Assembly: GCA_963796685.1 (NCBI GenBank)
Contig: CAWCMR010000001.1
Location: 32,001 to 96,000 of the forward strand
DNA: 64,000 bases
Origin: an uncultured delta proteobacterium
Lineage (GTDB): Bacteria; Myxococcota_A; Polyangia; Fen-1088
Direction of reading: 5' to 3'
Shown: in pieces, positions 42,405 through 51,111 of the stretch
Layout: each line of letters starts with the position of its first letter
Numbering within the stretch: the first letter of the stretch is position 1
Program-made: the position numbers and the translations under genes
Notes under the pieces: generated by a model
Databases searched by the model: none
Told to the model about the DNA's origin: nothing
What the model saw: the letters and a program-made list of their open reading frames with translations, nothing else

Positions 42405-42851
42405 GGCAAATCCAGCATACCCTGCCGGTGTCGGTCGCGCCGTCGACACGCGCTGGGCGAACAGACCTGCAATTCGATGGAGGCTATTTCTTCGCGGGCT
42501 ATTTCTTCGCGCTCGAGCCAGGCGCGGACGATCCTTGGTGCCGCACCGGCTGCACCGGTGCCCCGTCTTCCGGGGTCTCGCCAATGTTGAGTGCCACGGT
42601 CTCGCCGGCGTGAACGCCTTCCAGCACGGAGGTCAACGAGGATGGCGAACATCGCGTCGATCATGCGGGGACCACCAAGGTCAGGCAATGCCGCCTTCGT
42701 CCATCCATTTGCGGTCGTCACCGACGGCAAATCCGCTCCTCGGATGGCAACCTGGCGAAGGACAACCACGATCCCGCTAGCTGGTCCAGGGCCACCGAGC
42801 CCGTCTATCCTCGCGGAATACCTCGGGATGCGGAAGGCAGCCAGCACGGTG

Positions 42852-42911
42852 GTCGCCTGTCGCGAGCGGCTCGGCGGATTACTCAAGTTCTACCATCGGG
42901 AAGCCGCCTGA
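42852..42911 (+). pseudogene. C-terminal tip of an integrase-core transposase
   Basis: VACRERLGGLLKFYHREAA-stop, the characteristic C-terminus of this family. Confidence 0.7.
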
Positions 42912-43220
42912 ACGGCTCGGTCGAATATTGGCACCAGACGCGTTGTCAATCTCGTTAGGACGAAGACGCACGATTCGCGCCAGGCTGCGATCGGCTCTCC
43001 TGGGTTACGCGCTCGCGGTACTTCTGAAGGCGCTCGACGTACTCTCGGGTGCTCTTGGCAAATCGGTGTGTGTGCTCGCGGCACCCATCGCACCTCAATG
43101 TAGCGCCGATCACTGGCAGCGCAGCCGGCGCAATGGGGATGCGCGAAATGTTTACGTGGATGCAATATCACAGAAGCAAAGGCGTGCACCCGGGTGGCAG
43201 GCATGGGGACAAGCGCCCTG

Positions 43221-43381
43221 GCAGCGCTCAGTCTGGCGACGATCGAGCAGAAGAGCGGCATTTCAGCCGCGCTGAGCGCGATCGCCCTATGTCGCCAAAA
43301 CCAATGAGATCAGGCGCTTGGACCCAGATGGCGCCGCGCTCGACCAGATCGCCAACTGGCGCTTCTCGAAGATCGCCTACA
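43221..43381 (+). repeat. Dispersed direct repeat, copy 1
   Basis: GACGATCGAGCAGAAGAGCGG...GCCCTATGTC...AAGATCGCCTACA recurs at 57373-57459 and partly at 55437-55504. Confidence 0.85.
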
Positions 43382-44492
43382 TCGTTGAAGGACAGCCGGT
43401 GATGTGCATCGGTCTGTTCAAACTCGCATTGTCACGTTGATGGATAGTCCCATCACCGAGATTGTCGCCGAGGACGTCCACCCGAATCGTAGCGGTGGTT
43501 ACCTTGCTGACGCCGAGATAGACAAAGACCATCACGCCCAGTGCCGCCAACGCCAGGAGGGCAAGCGGCGATGACAGCAGGACGAGCCCCAGCCGGATGT
43601 CGGGCGGCCGCGCGCATGGAGAAATCAGGGCCAAAGCCGGCACCACGTAGAGGAGGCAGGCGAGCGCCATCCACTGGTAGGCGCTGAGCCGGCCCTTGCC
43701 TCGGTAGTCGGCGCGCAGGAATTCGCTGAAGAAGCGCCACGAGAAGGCCACGCAAAGCGACAGGGTGCCGGCGGCGCGGAAATCCCCGCCGAGAAACAGT
43801 GTCCCGCTCGCCAGGCTTGCCGCAGAAAGCACCACCGCCGACATGGCGGGGATGGGCAGCAAGGGAATGCCCTCGCAATGGCCCGCGTACGCTGCCTTGC
43901 GCGTGCCCCCGAGAACCACCGTCGGCCACCATCCGAAAAGCGCCTTCACGCCGGGACCGCAATCGTCCAACCGGCGCCCGTAACAGCAGCCGAAGCTGAT
44001 GCAGGCAAGTCTGCCGATGCCCTCGCCAAGCGGGTAAGCCACGGCGATGGCGCTGATGAGGGGAACGGCGTCGTCCCGGCCGAGGAGAACGTCCACCCCA
44101 AGGGCGGTCCAGGGCAGAAACAGGGCGGCCACGAACACGGCACCCCCGACGGTGTAGGTTCCGCGTCTGCGCTCGACCAAGCGGGCGACCAGCCCCGCGG
44201 CCGGCAGGGCCACGGCCAGCATCGCGCCGAGCACGAGAACCAAGGCGTGCGCGGGCACGCCGGCTGCACCGGCAAGCACCAACGCGAGGGCAACGGCCAG
44301 CACCATCCCGGTCATTTGCATGACCCCGTACCAGGTCAAATTCACGCCTCGCCACAGGTTCCCGTCGATACGCCGCAAAGGAACCGTGGCCAGGATCTGC
44401 ATGTTCTCGCGGGGGAGCACGCGCAGCCCCCAGGTGAGTATGGCGGATACCAGGCCGCCCTGCCCCAGCACGAAGAGGGTCTCCGCACTCAT
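43377..44492 (-). CDS. Divergent prolipoprotein diacylglyceryl transferase (Lgt) family protein
   Basis: WYGVM, GEGIGRLACISFGCCYG and RFFSEFLRAD motifs; multiple TMs; ATG overlaps the psd stop. Confidence 0.8.
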   Translation of the reverse strand: MSAETLFVLGQGGLVSAILTWGLRVLPRENMQILATVPLRRIDGNLWRGVNLTWYGVMQMTGMVLAVALALVLAGAAGVPAHALVLVLGAMLAVALPAAGLVARLVERRRGTYTVGGAVFVAALFLPWTALGVDVLLGRDDAVPLISAIAVAYPLGEGIGRLACISFGCCYGRRLDDCGPGVKALFGWWPTVVLGGTRKAAYAGHCEGIPLLPIPAMSAVVLSAASLASGTLFLGGDFRAAGTLSLCVAFSWRFFSEFLRADYRGKGRLSAYQWMALACLLYVVPALALISPCARPPDIRLGLVLLSSPLALLALAALGVMVFVYLGVSKVTTATIRVDVLGDNLGDGTIHQRDNASLNRPMHITGCPSTM

Positions 44493-45511
44493 GCCACGGG
44501 CTCCGCGACGCCCAGTCGCTGGGCGATGGACGAGCGCACGCGCACCTCGGTTTCGGCCAGAGGCGCGCGGAAGGCGAGAGAAAATCGGCTGGCCACGTCG
44601 GAGCGTTGCTGGGCGCGCACGAGATCGGGGCTCATGCGCACGCGGCCGCGCTCGAAGAGCAGGACATCGGTGCTGCCGCCCGGCCGGTATCGACTCTTGG
44701 GTGCCCCCCGGCGCAGGAACAGTCCCCGCGTCATGGGCTTGGGCGAAGCGTATTTCTCCTCGCTGTAGCACTGGACGATGTCGCCGATCATCAGGGCCGC
44801 GACCTCCACCATGGCCACCAAGCCCACCTGACTGCCGCCCTGCACGTCGGTGTCGATGAGGGTCACGTGGCGGCGATTCTTGGAATAAGGCGTGACCACC
44901 TCGACCACCGCCGCGGGATTGCAGGCATGGCAGGCACCGTCGAGCGCGAAGAAATCCTTCACCACGCCGGCCACCGGCGCATGGTTGTAGTGATACTTGT
45001 CGAGGGTCAGTCGAAAAACGGCCCAGTCGCCGTCGGCGAAACGCCGCCACCAAGCGTGCCCACCCAGCAGCTCCTTCAGGTCGAAGAACTTGCCCTTGAT
45101 GAAGAGCGGGCTGCCGTCCGCAAACGATCCGCACACCAGGCGCGAGTCGGCGGGGGCGACCACGGCGTGCTCGTCCTTGCTCATGGGCCGCCGCTCCCAA
45201 TAGCGAATCTTGCGCTCGAAGACCTGGGCCAGCGAGCGCAGACTGTCGGGGTCGTCGAGACATTCCGTCCAGTCCATGCCACACGAGAGCATGAAGCGCC
45301 GGCCGCCGGCGAAGCAGCGGCCCACGAATGAGTCGTAGTTGAGGAAGCCGAGGAACGACGACATGCGCGGGCTGGTCATGGCCGCGAACAGGCGCGGGGC
45401 CTTCTCGCGCACGGGCGAGTAGAGGAAGCGAATGGCGCTGTCCCAGTACAGCCGTTCGTCGCGCACGCCGCCCGATACGCGGTCGATGTACTGGTGGACG
45501 CCGTCACGCAT
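44489..45511 (-). CDS. psd: Phosphatidylserine decarboxylase family proenzyme
   Basis: APADS, IKG, FRL..DKYHYNHAP, ALMIGDI and GG|ST autocleavage site. Confidence 0.88.
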   Translation of the reverse strand: MRDGVHQYIDRVSGGVRDERLYWDSAIRFLYSPVREKAPRLFAAMTSPRMSSFLGFLNYDSFVGRCFAGGRRFMLSCGMDWTECLDDPDSLRSLAQVFERKIRYWERRPMSKDEHAVVAPADSRLVCGSFADGSPLFIKGKFFDLKELLGGHAWWRRFADGDWAVFRLTLDKYHYNHAPVAGVVKDFFALDGACHACNPAAVVEVVTPYSKNRRHVTLIDTDVQGGSQVGLVAMVEVAALMIGDIVQCYSEEKYASPKPMTRGLFLRRGAPKSRYRPGGSTDVLLFERGRVRMSPDLVRAQQRSDVASRFSLAFRAPLAETEVRVRSSIAQRLGVAEPVA

Positions 45512-47879
45512 CGCCGCCCTCGCCCACCACGGTCACCGCCAGGATCAGGCTGATGAGACGCAAGATCTCCTCCGTGTTCAGCCGATCGTCGAGGAGCTCG
45601 CCGTGCACGGCCGCGAGATAGGCATCGGGGTTGGCGAGCAATCCGAGATCGCCCCACTGCACGCCCCACAGGCGCGCGGCGGCCGAGGAAAGCTCCTCCC
45701 GCAAAAGCAACAGGGCCTCGTCGATCTGCGCGCGACGCAAGCGCCCGCGGTAATAGCGCTCGGCCGCCAGGTTGAAGGTGCGCGCCTCGACCTTCATGGG
45801 ATCGCGTGCCCCGGTCTCGCCCAGGATGCCCTGAAGAAGCCGGTGGGACGCCCGCGCCGTGGGATCCGCGAGACGGTGATCCAGCTCGTCGAGGACTTCG
45901 CCCATGCCGAGCGTTTCGATGAGATCGGGGGCCTCCTGGCGCAACAGGCGCAACAGCCCTCGGCGGTACTCATCGGTGCGAACCCTGTTGTAACCGGGGT
46001 AGCGCCGGCTGGGCCGAATCTCGTGGGTGTGTGAAAGAACGGCTTTGAGAAACCGATTGGTGGTGGCCTCGTGGACGAAGAAGGTCGGCAGACCGATGGC
46101 GCAGTCGAACACCACCTGCCGGCGCTCGCTCTCGATGGTGGGATCGTCGGGAATGTGGGCGTGCGTGAAACGGCCGGTGGCCATGCAGCGGTAAGCAAAA
46201 GCGCACAGTAGGCGCTGCAACCCGACCGCGTGTCCCATGTCCTCGCCGAAACGCTCGAACAGGCTGTATTGCCGGGCCTCGAAGCCCGAGAACCCCATGA
46301 CCGCCTGCTCGCGCAATTTGACCAGCAGGTAAAGCGACATGCGCGTGTCGAACACGCCCAGACTGGCCAAGTCGCGCTTGAGCCGGTCCGAGTTGCCAAG
46401 CACGCCGGAAAGCGACGGGCTGGTATTCGTGCTGAGCAGGAACACGAGATAATCGATGAGCCTGAAGTCAGGCACCCAGTCCCCGCGCAGACCGAAGACC
46501 GAGCTCAGCGCGCGGTCGATCCACGCGGGCCCGCAGGGCGTGAAGGTGATGCCCAGGGCGCGCAGATTGGCCTTGCCCTTCCAGCGCCGCCACAACATAC
46601 GCAGGTGGGTGAAGTCGAGCTCGTGGGGCAAAAAGCCGAGAGCGCTCTCAGGATGAAAGTCCTGAAACCCCAAACGGTAGGGCGCGGCGCTGTACGTGCC
46701 CACGAACAGCGGCAAGAAATGCTCCATGATCTTGATGGCCAGATCGCCGAAATACTTCTCGTCGCGCGCGCCGAATCCGGAATCGCCGGTGGCAAGGAGG
46801 CCGGTCAGGCGCTTGCTGCCGATGCTGACATGCACGCCGTTGTTGGCCAGGCTGAGATTCGACGTGTTCGGCATCACGACCAGGTTGTTGACGATGATGC
46901 CGGCGTCGCGCAGCTTCTTCACGCCGTTGAGCTGGCTGCGCGAAACCACCTCGTGGCAAAGCCCCATGTAGGCGCTCTTGTCTTCCCCACGATCCCAGCC
47001 CGACAGGCACGGGTTCATGAACAGCTCGCGATAGAAGGAGTCCGAAATGAGTCTGTTCAGCTCGCGCTGCCGGACGGGCGGCGTGGGGGCGTGACAGGCG
47101 GCCGCCTTTTGCCCGGTGGCCTCCAGCTCGTAGCGCCGGTTGGCGTAGGCGAGAAGAAGCTGCGTGAGCAGAAAGCGTCGCCCGGACTCCCGGGCCAGCG
47201 TGCGTCCGCCGCCAGCTTCGGGCGCGAGATTGACGACATTGAACGAGCAGGTCTCGGGCGAGGTGTTGTCGCTCATGAAATGGGCGAAGAGGCGCCGCCC
47301 GGTCTTGCGCACGGCCTCGGGCCGTTCGGGCAGGGCCGACACCGCGTCGGCCAGCGCCAGCTTGAGGAGATAGCTGATGGGAACGCGCGCGTACTCGATG
47401 CCCCGCTCCACCGCGATGAACTTATCCGCATCGCCGCGCAGGCGGTTCGATCCATCGGACTTGTCGGCGCACAAGTCGCCTGCGAAGACCTCGGCAGCCG
47501 CCGCTCCGAGCAACCGGCGCGGGAAGCGCACCCAGTCGTTGTCCCAGACCTGGTCGGGGTTGGCATCGAGGAAGCGCTCGAGGGCGTGCGCTTGCCTGGG
47601 AGCGGTGTCGCCCACGGCTGCCCGGCGCAGGATGTTGGCCAGGAAGTCCGAGCCCGCGATCGCCAAGGGCAGATCCACCGTGGAACGGCTGCCCTGCACG
47701 GACGCCTGTAGCTCGGCCTCGGCGCCGCCGGTTGCATCGGCGCCCACGAAGGGTAAGCGCCCGACGTCCTGCGCGGAAGCCATCCCCAGCGCCGAGCGCA
47801 ATCGCTCGATGCTTGGCGCGGCGCCAAGCGCCGCCGCGACCCCTTGCGAAGAAGGGGCGACCCCGGCCTGCCGGCTCAT
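45504..47879 (-). CDS. Large hypothetical protein with carboxylate-amine ligase-like motifs
   Basis: Clear long ORF (start ATG 47879); GAEAELQ, NGVHVSIG and GFEARQY resemble GCS2/PafA-type motifs (inference). Confidence 0.75.
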   Translation of the reverse strand: MSRQAGVAPSSQGVAAALGAAPSIERLRSALGMASAQDVGRLPFVGADATGGAEAELQASVQGSRSTVDLPLAIAGSDFLANILRRAAVGDTAPRQAHALERFLDANPDQVWDNDWVRFPRRLLGAAAAEVFAGDLCADKSDGSNRLRGDADKFIAVERGIEYARVPISYLLKLALADAVSALPERPEAVRKTGRRLFAHFMSDNTSPETCSFNVVNLAPEAGGGRTLARESGRRFLLTQLLLAYANRRYELEATGQKAAACHAPTPPVRQRELNRLISDSFYRELFMNPCLSGWDRGEDKSAYMGLCHEVVSRSQLNGVKKLRDAGIIVNNLVVMPNTSNLSLANNGVHVSIGSKRLTGLLATGDSGFGARDEKYFGDLAIKIMEHFLPLFVGTYSAAPYRLGFQDFHPESALGFLPHELDFTHLRMLWRRWKGKANLRALGITFTPCGPAWIDRALSSVFGLRGDWVPDFRLIDYLVFLLSTNTSPSLSGVLGNSDRLKRDLASLGVFDTRMSLYLLVKLREQAVMGFSGFEARQYSLFERFGEDMGHAVGLQRLLCAFAYRCMATGRFTHAHIPDDPTIESERRQVVFDCAIGLPTFFVHEATTNRFLKAVLSHTHEIRPSRRYPGYNRVRTDEYRRGLLRLLRQEAPDLIETLGMGEVLDELDHRLADPTARASHRLLQGILGETGARDPMKVEARTFNLAAERYYRGRLRRAQIDEALLLLREELSSAAARLWGVQWGDLGLLANPDAYLAAVHGELLDDRLNTEEILRLISLILAVTVVGEGGDA

Positions 47880-48264
47880 GACCGGCTCCGGGGGCGAAAT
47901 CGTGGATGGACTGCAGTTTCCACGGAATTCGATTGTCCGCCTTCCATGTGTCGAAACGCGCACGTTTTGCCGAACTTTCTGTGAGCAATGCCGCTGGCAA
48001 CGCATGACGCATAACAGGCCTATTCCCGAGGACAGCACAGGTTTGTAACCAACCCATCTGCAGAGATGCGGCGCCGTGTCCACACAACGAGAGTGACGAT
48101 CGCACGACGTCTTTGAGACAGGGGGGTGAATTCGACGCGAGGCCCTCCGCTTGTCATTGTATTCCACCTCCGAACCGGGCCAGTCTCGGCGGCGGAAGAC
48201 GAGGCATGACATCCTACGCGGGCAGATCTGGTAGGCGGACGACCAAGCGGGAGCGCATTCGGCC

Positions 48265-49080
48265 GTGAACGATCCCACCTACTTCATGGAAAGCGAGGAC
48301 GAATCCCTGCGCCTGGACATCAAGACCGACCCCGGCGCGGTGGAGGAGCAAGCACGCTGGGCTGGCGTCGGTCCGGGTATGCGGGTGGTCGACCTGGGCT
48401 GTGGCGCCGGCAGGACGACCCACATCTTGCACCGGCTGGTCCAGCCGGGCGGTGAGGTGGTCGGGATCGACGGCTCGCCGCAACGGATCGCGTACGCCAA
48501 GGAGAATTTTTCCGAAAGCGGAATCGCCTACTTGCAGAGAAACGTTCGCGACCCGCTCGTCGAGGTGGGTATGTTCGACCTGGTATGGAGCCGGTTTTTG
48601 CTCGAGTACTTCGCCGACGAATCGTTCGCCATCGTCAAGAGCGCTTACCAAGCCCTCGCACCGGGAGGAACCATCTGCCTGATCGATCTCGACCAGAACT
48701 GTCTGGGACACTTCGGTGCGCCCGCACGGCTTGAAAAGACCTTATGCAACGTCGTGCTTGCCATGGCGAGACAATACGGTTTCGACCCTTTTGTCGGCAG
48801 AAAACTCTACGCCTACCTTTACGACCTGGGATGCGCGGATATCGAGGTGCGGATGTCGGCTCACCACCTCATCTACGGAGAGCTGTCCGAGACCGATCGC
48901 TTCAACTGGTTGTCCAAGGCCGAGGCGACCCGGAATGCTGCGGGGCTCTTCGCCGACAGCTACCCCGGCGGGTACGAGGAATTCCGACGCGAGTTGGTCG
49001 CCTACCTCGAGCACCCCAGGCGGTTCATCTACACGCCCCTCATCATGTGCAAGGGGAAGAAGCCAGCCGCTGGGGGATGA
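48265..49080 (+). CDS. Class I SAM-dependent methyltransferase
   Basis: VVDLGCGAG, VGID, FDLVWSRF and LAPGG motifs. Confidence 0.9.
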   Translation: MNDPTYFMESEDESLRLDIKTDPGAVEEQARWAGVGPGMRVVDLGCGAGRTTHILHRLVQPGGEVVGIDGSPQRIAYAKENFSESGIAYLQRNVRDPLVEVGMFDLVWSRFLLEYFADESFAIVKSAYQALAPGGTICLIDLDQNCLGHFGAPARLEKTLCNVVLAMARQYGFDPFVGRKLYAYLYDLGCADIEVRMSAHHLIYGELSETDRFNWLSKAEATRNAAGLFADSYPGGYEEFRRELVAYLEHPRRFIYTPLIMCKGKKPAAGG

Positions 49081-49086
49081 CCCAGC

Positions 49087-51111
49087 TCAAGCAATCTTCA
49101 GCGCAACCGGCGTCTTGGGCGCAGGAGTCTCCTCGGGCAGCGGAGTCTCCTCGGGCGGTCGCGCCGACACCGGGGCCCCAAGCTCGAGCTGGGCGGGATA
49201 GGCCTGCTCGAAGTAGCGAAGAAAGGCATCCACCAGGCGGGGCTCGAAGCTCTTGCCAGCCTCTCGCTTCAGAAGCGCGATGGCCTCTTCTCTGCGCATG
49301 GGCTCGCGGTAGTGCCGCTTGGCGGTGATGGCCTCGAAGAAGTCGGCCACGCCTATGATCCGCGCTCCCAGCGGTATCTGCTCTCCCCCGAGCCCCCGGG
49401 GGTACCCGCTGCCGTCCATCTTTTCGTGGTGCGCGCCAGCGATGGCCGGGACCTGCCGGTAGATGCCCTCGAAGCTGATCTGGCGCAAAATCTTCTCGGT
49501 TTGCTCCGCGTGAATCTTGACCAGCTCGTACTCGCGGGCGTTCAGCCGTCCAGGCTTGCGTAGGATCGCGTCCGGCACCGCGAGCTTGCCGTAGTCGTGC
49601 AAGAGCGCCGCCGTCGAAATTACCTCGCGCTGCTCTTGCGAAAGCCCGAGCTCGTCGCAGATTCCCACCGCGTACTCCGTGACCTTGTCCGAGTGACCCC
49701 GGGTGAGCGGATCGCGCGCGTCGATGCTGGCGGCCAGCCCGCGTAAGATCGAACGGAATTGACGATCCTTGGATTTCAGAAGCTCTTCGTTGCGCAAACT
49801 GATGCCGACCACTGCGGCCACACCGATGAGCAGGCTGCGGTCGGTCTCGACCAGCGGTCGCTTGGTCTTGACATTGTCAACCGCCAGAACGCCGATCGAT
49901 TCCCCGTTGCTAACGATGGGGCAGCAGATGAAGGACTCCGCACCCAGCTCTTCGGCATAGGACATGCTCTTGAGAGAGAGATCTTCTTCAATTGCCTCCA
50001 GGTTGCTCACCAGAAACGACCTCTGTTGCTTGAAACAGAGCACGAAGACGCCCCGCGATCCCGGCCTGTCCAGGTGAAAGGAGGTTCGCCGCAAGAGCTT
50101 GATCTGACGGTCGTCGTGGCCGTATCCGGCGCCGAAAACGAGGTGCTTGCTGCCGCGGTCCGCCAGCAGGATCATGCAGCGGTCGTAGTCGAGCCACTTC
50201 TTGCAAGCTTTCACCACGCTGGAAAGCACATCTACCGAGCCGGAACGCCTGCTGATGGACTGGCCGATCTCGCTGGTCAAGACCGCGTTGTTGTGGTTCA
50301 CCTCGATCTGGTGGACGAGTTGATGGGTCGAGTCGAACAGGCTGTGCAGGCTCGCGGCCATGTCCTTCTTTTCGAGCGAAAGGTAGAGCGCGGTGAGGAG
50401 CGCCAGGATCGCGAGCGCCCCCGGCAAGACCTGGGTCACGCCGAAAAGGGGCGCACGGATGGCGGACCAGACAACCAGCGGGAGGAGGAATGCGGCCGCA
50501 TGGTTCCGCGCCCGCTTGAACAGGTCCGCTCTGGATACGTTCCAGGAAATGATGTACCGGCAGGTTTGTCCCCCTCGGAAGAGGCACTCCGGATGTTCGA
50601 CCTCCGGCGTCCCACGCGCGAACAAGAGGGTAACTGCTTCGAAAAAGCCCATGCGATTCTCGCATTGATAGGGCTTCTCCTGCACACCCGGCTCGAAGGT
50701 GGTGGTGACTTCCACCCGGTTCGAGCTGAGGCTCCGCGATGCAAGGGTCGAGGAACGGGTCAATCTGCGCGCGCCTCTTCCAATCAGCTCGTAGGCTCTG
50801 CCAGGCCCGACTGCGCCTAGAATGAGGAGCTGCATGGCTCCCATGGCATCCGGAGACGCGGCATAGCGGCCGGCCTCGCGCGCGATCGACGCGTTGCTGG
50901 TCAAGAAGGATAGCCTCTCGTAAAAACGGTCGGTCTGGTCCTGGGTGAACCAGTGCCCTTCGTCGGCCACCTCGTGGGCGGTCATACCGGCGTACTCCAG
51001 CAGACTCGAAACCCGGACCTGCGGATATTTCCTCTCGATGAGTCGTATGTAATTGTCGATGATTCGACTGTTATACAGGCGGCGACCGTCGCTTGTCATC
51101 GGAGCTCCCAT
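49087..51111 (-). CDS. HD-GYP phosphodiesterase with V4R-like sensor, 2 TM and GAF domain
   Basis: DARDPLTRGHS, LHDYGK, HHEKMDGSGYP; GAF segment SFICCPI..GESIGVL; N-terminal C...HPEC...C. Confidence 0.88.
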   Translation of the reverse strand: MGAPMTSDGRRLYNSRIIDNYIRLIERKYPQVRVSSLLEYAGMTAHEVADEGHWFTQDQTDRFYERLSFLTSNASIAREAGRYAASPDAMGAMQLLILGAVGPGRAYELIGRGARRLTRSSTLASRSLSSNRVEVTTTFEPGVQEKPYQCENRMGFFEAVTLLFARGTPEVEHPECLFRGGQTCRYIISWNVSRADLFKRARNHAAAFLLPLVVWSAIRAPLFGVTQVLPGALAILALLTALYLSLEKKDMAASLHSLFDSTHQLVHQIEVNHNNAVLTSEIGQSISRRSGSVDVLSSVVKACKKWLDYDRCMILLADRGSKHLVFGAGYGHDDRQIKLLRRTSFHLDRPGSRGVFVLCFKQQRSFLVSNLEAIEEDLSLKSMSYAEELGAESFICCPIVSNGESIGVLAVDNVKTKRPLVETDRSLLIGVAAVVGISLRNEELLKSKDRQFRSILRGLAASIDARDPLTRGHSDKVTEYAVGICDELGLSQEQREVISTAALLHDYGKLAVPDAILRKPGRLNAREYELVKIHAEQTEKILRQISFEGIYRQVPAIAGAHHEKMDGSGYPRGLGGEQIPLGARIIGVADFFEAITAKRHYREPMRREEAIALLKREAGKSFEPRLVDAFLRYFEQAYPAQLELGAPVSARPPEETPLPEETPAPKTPVALKIA

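Larger units (their letters stand above)
39650..42942 (+). mobile_element. Degenerate IS-like element (rve integrase-core family) with cargo between its ends
   Basis: N- and C-terminal fragments of one transposase family at each end; imperfect IRs CCCGTCCTGTGCCGAA and ATTGGCACCAGACGCG. Confidence 0.55.

Noticed and set aside
42943-43440. Intact TonB-like or other CDS
   Set aside because: Only a short TonB-C-like stretch with stops and frame breaks; treated as a remnant within the repeat finding.
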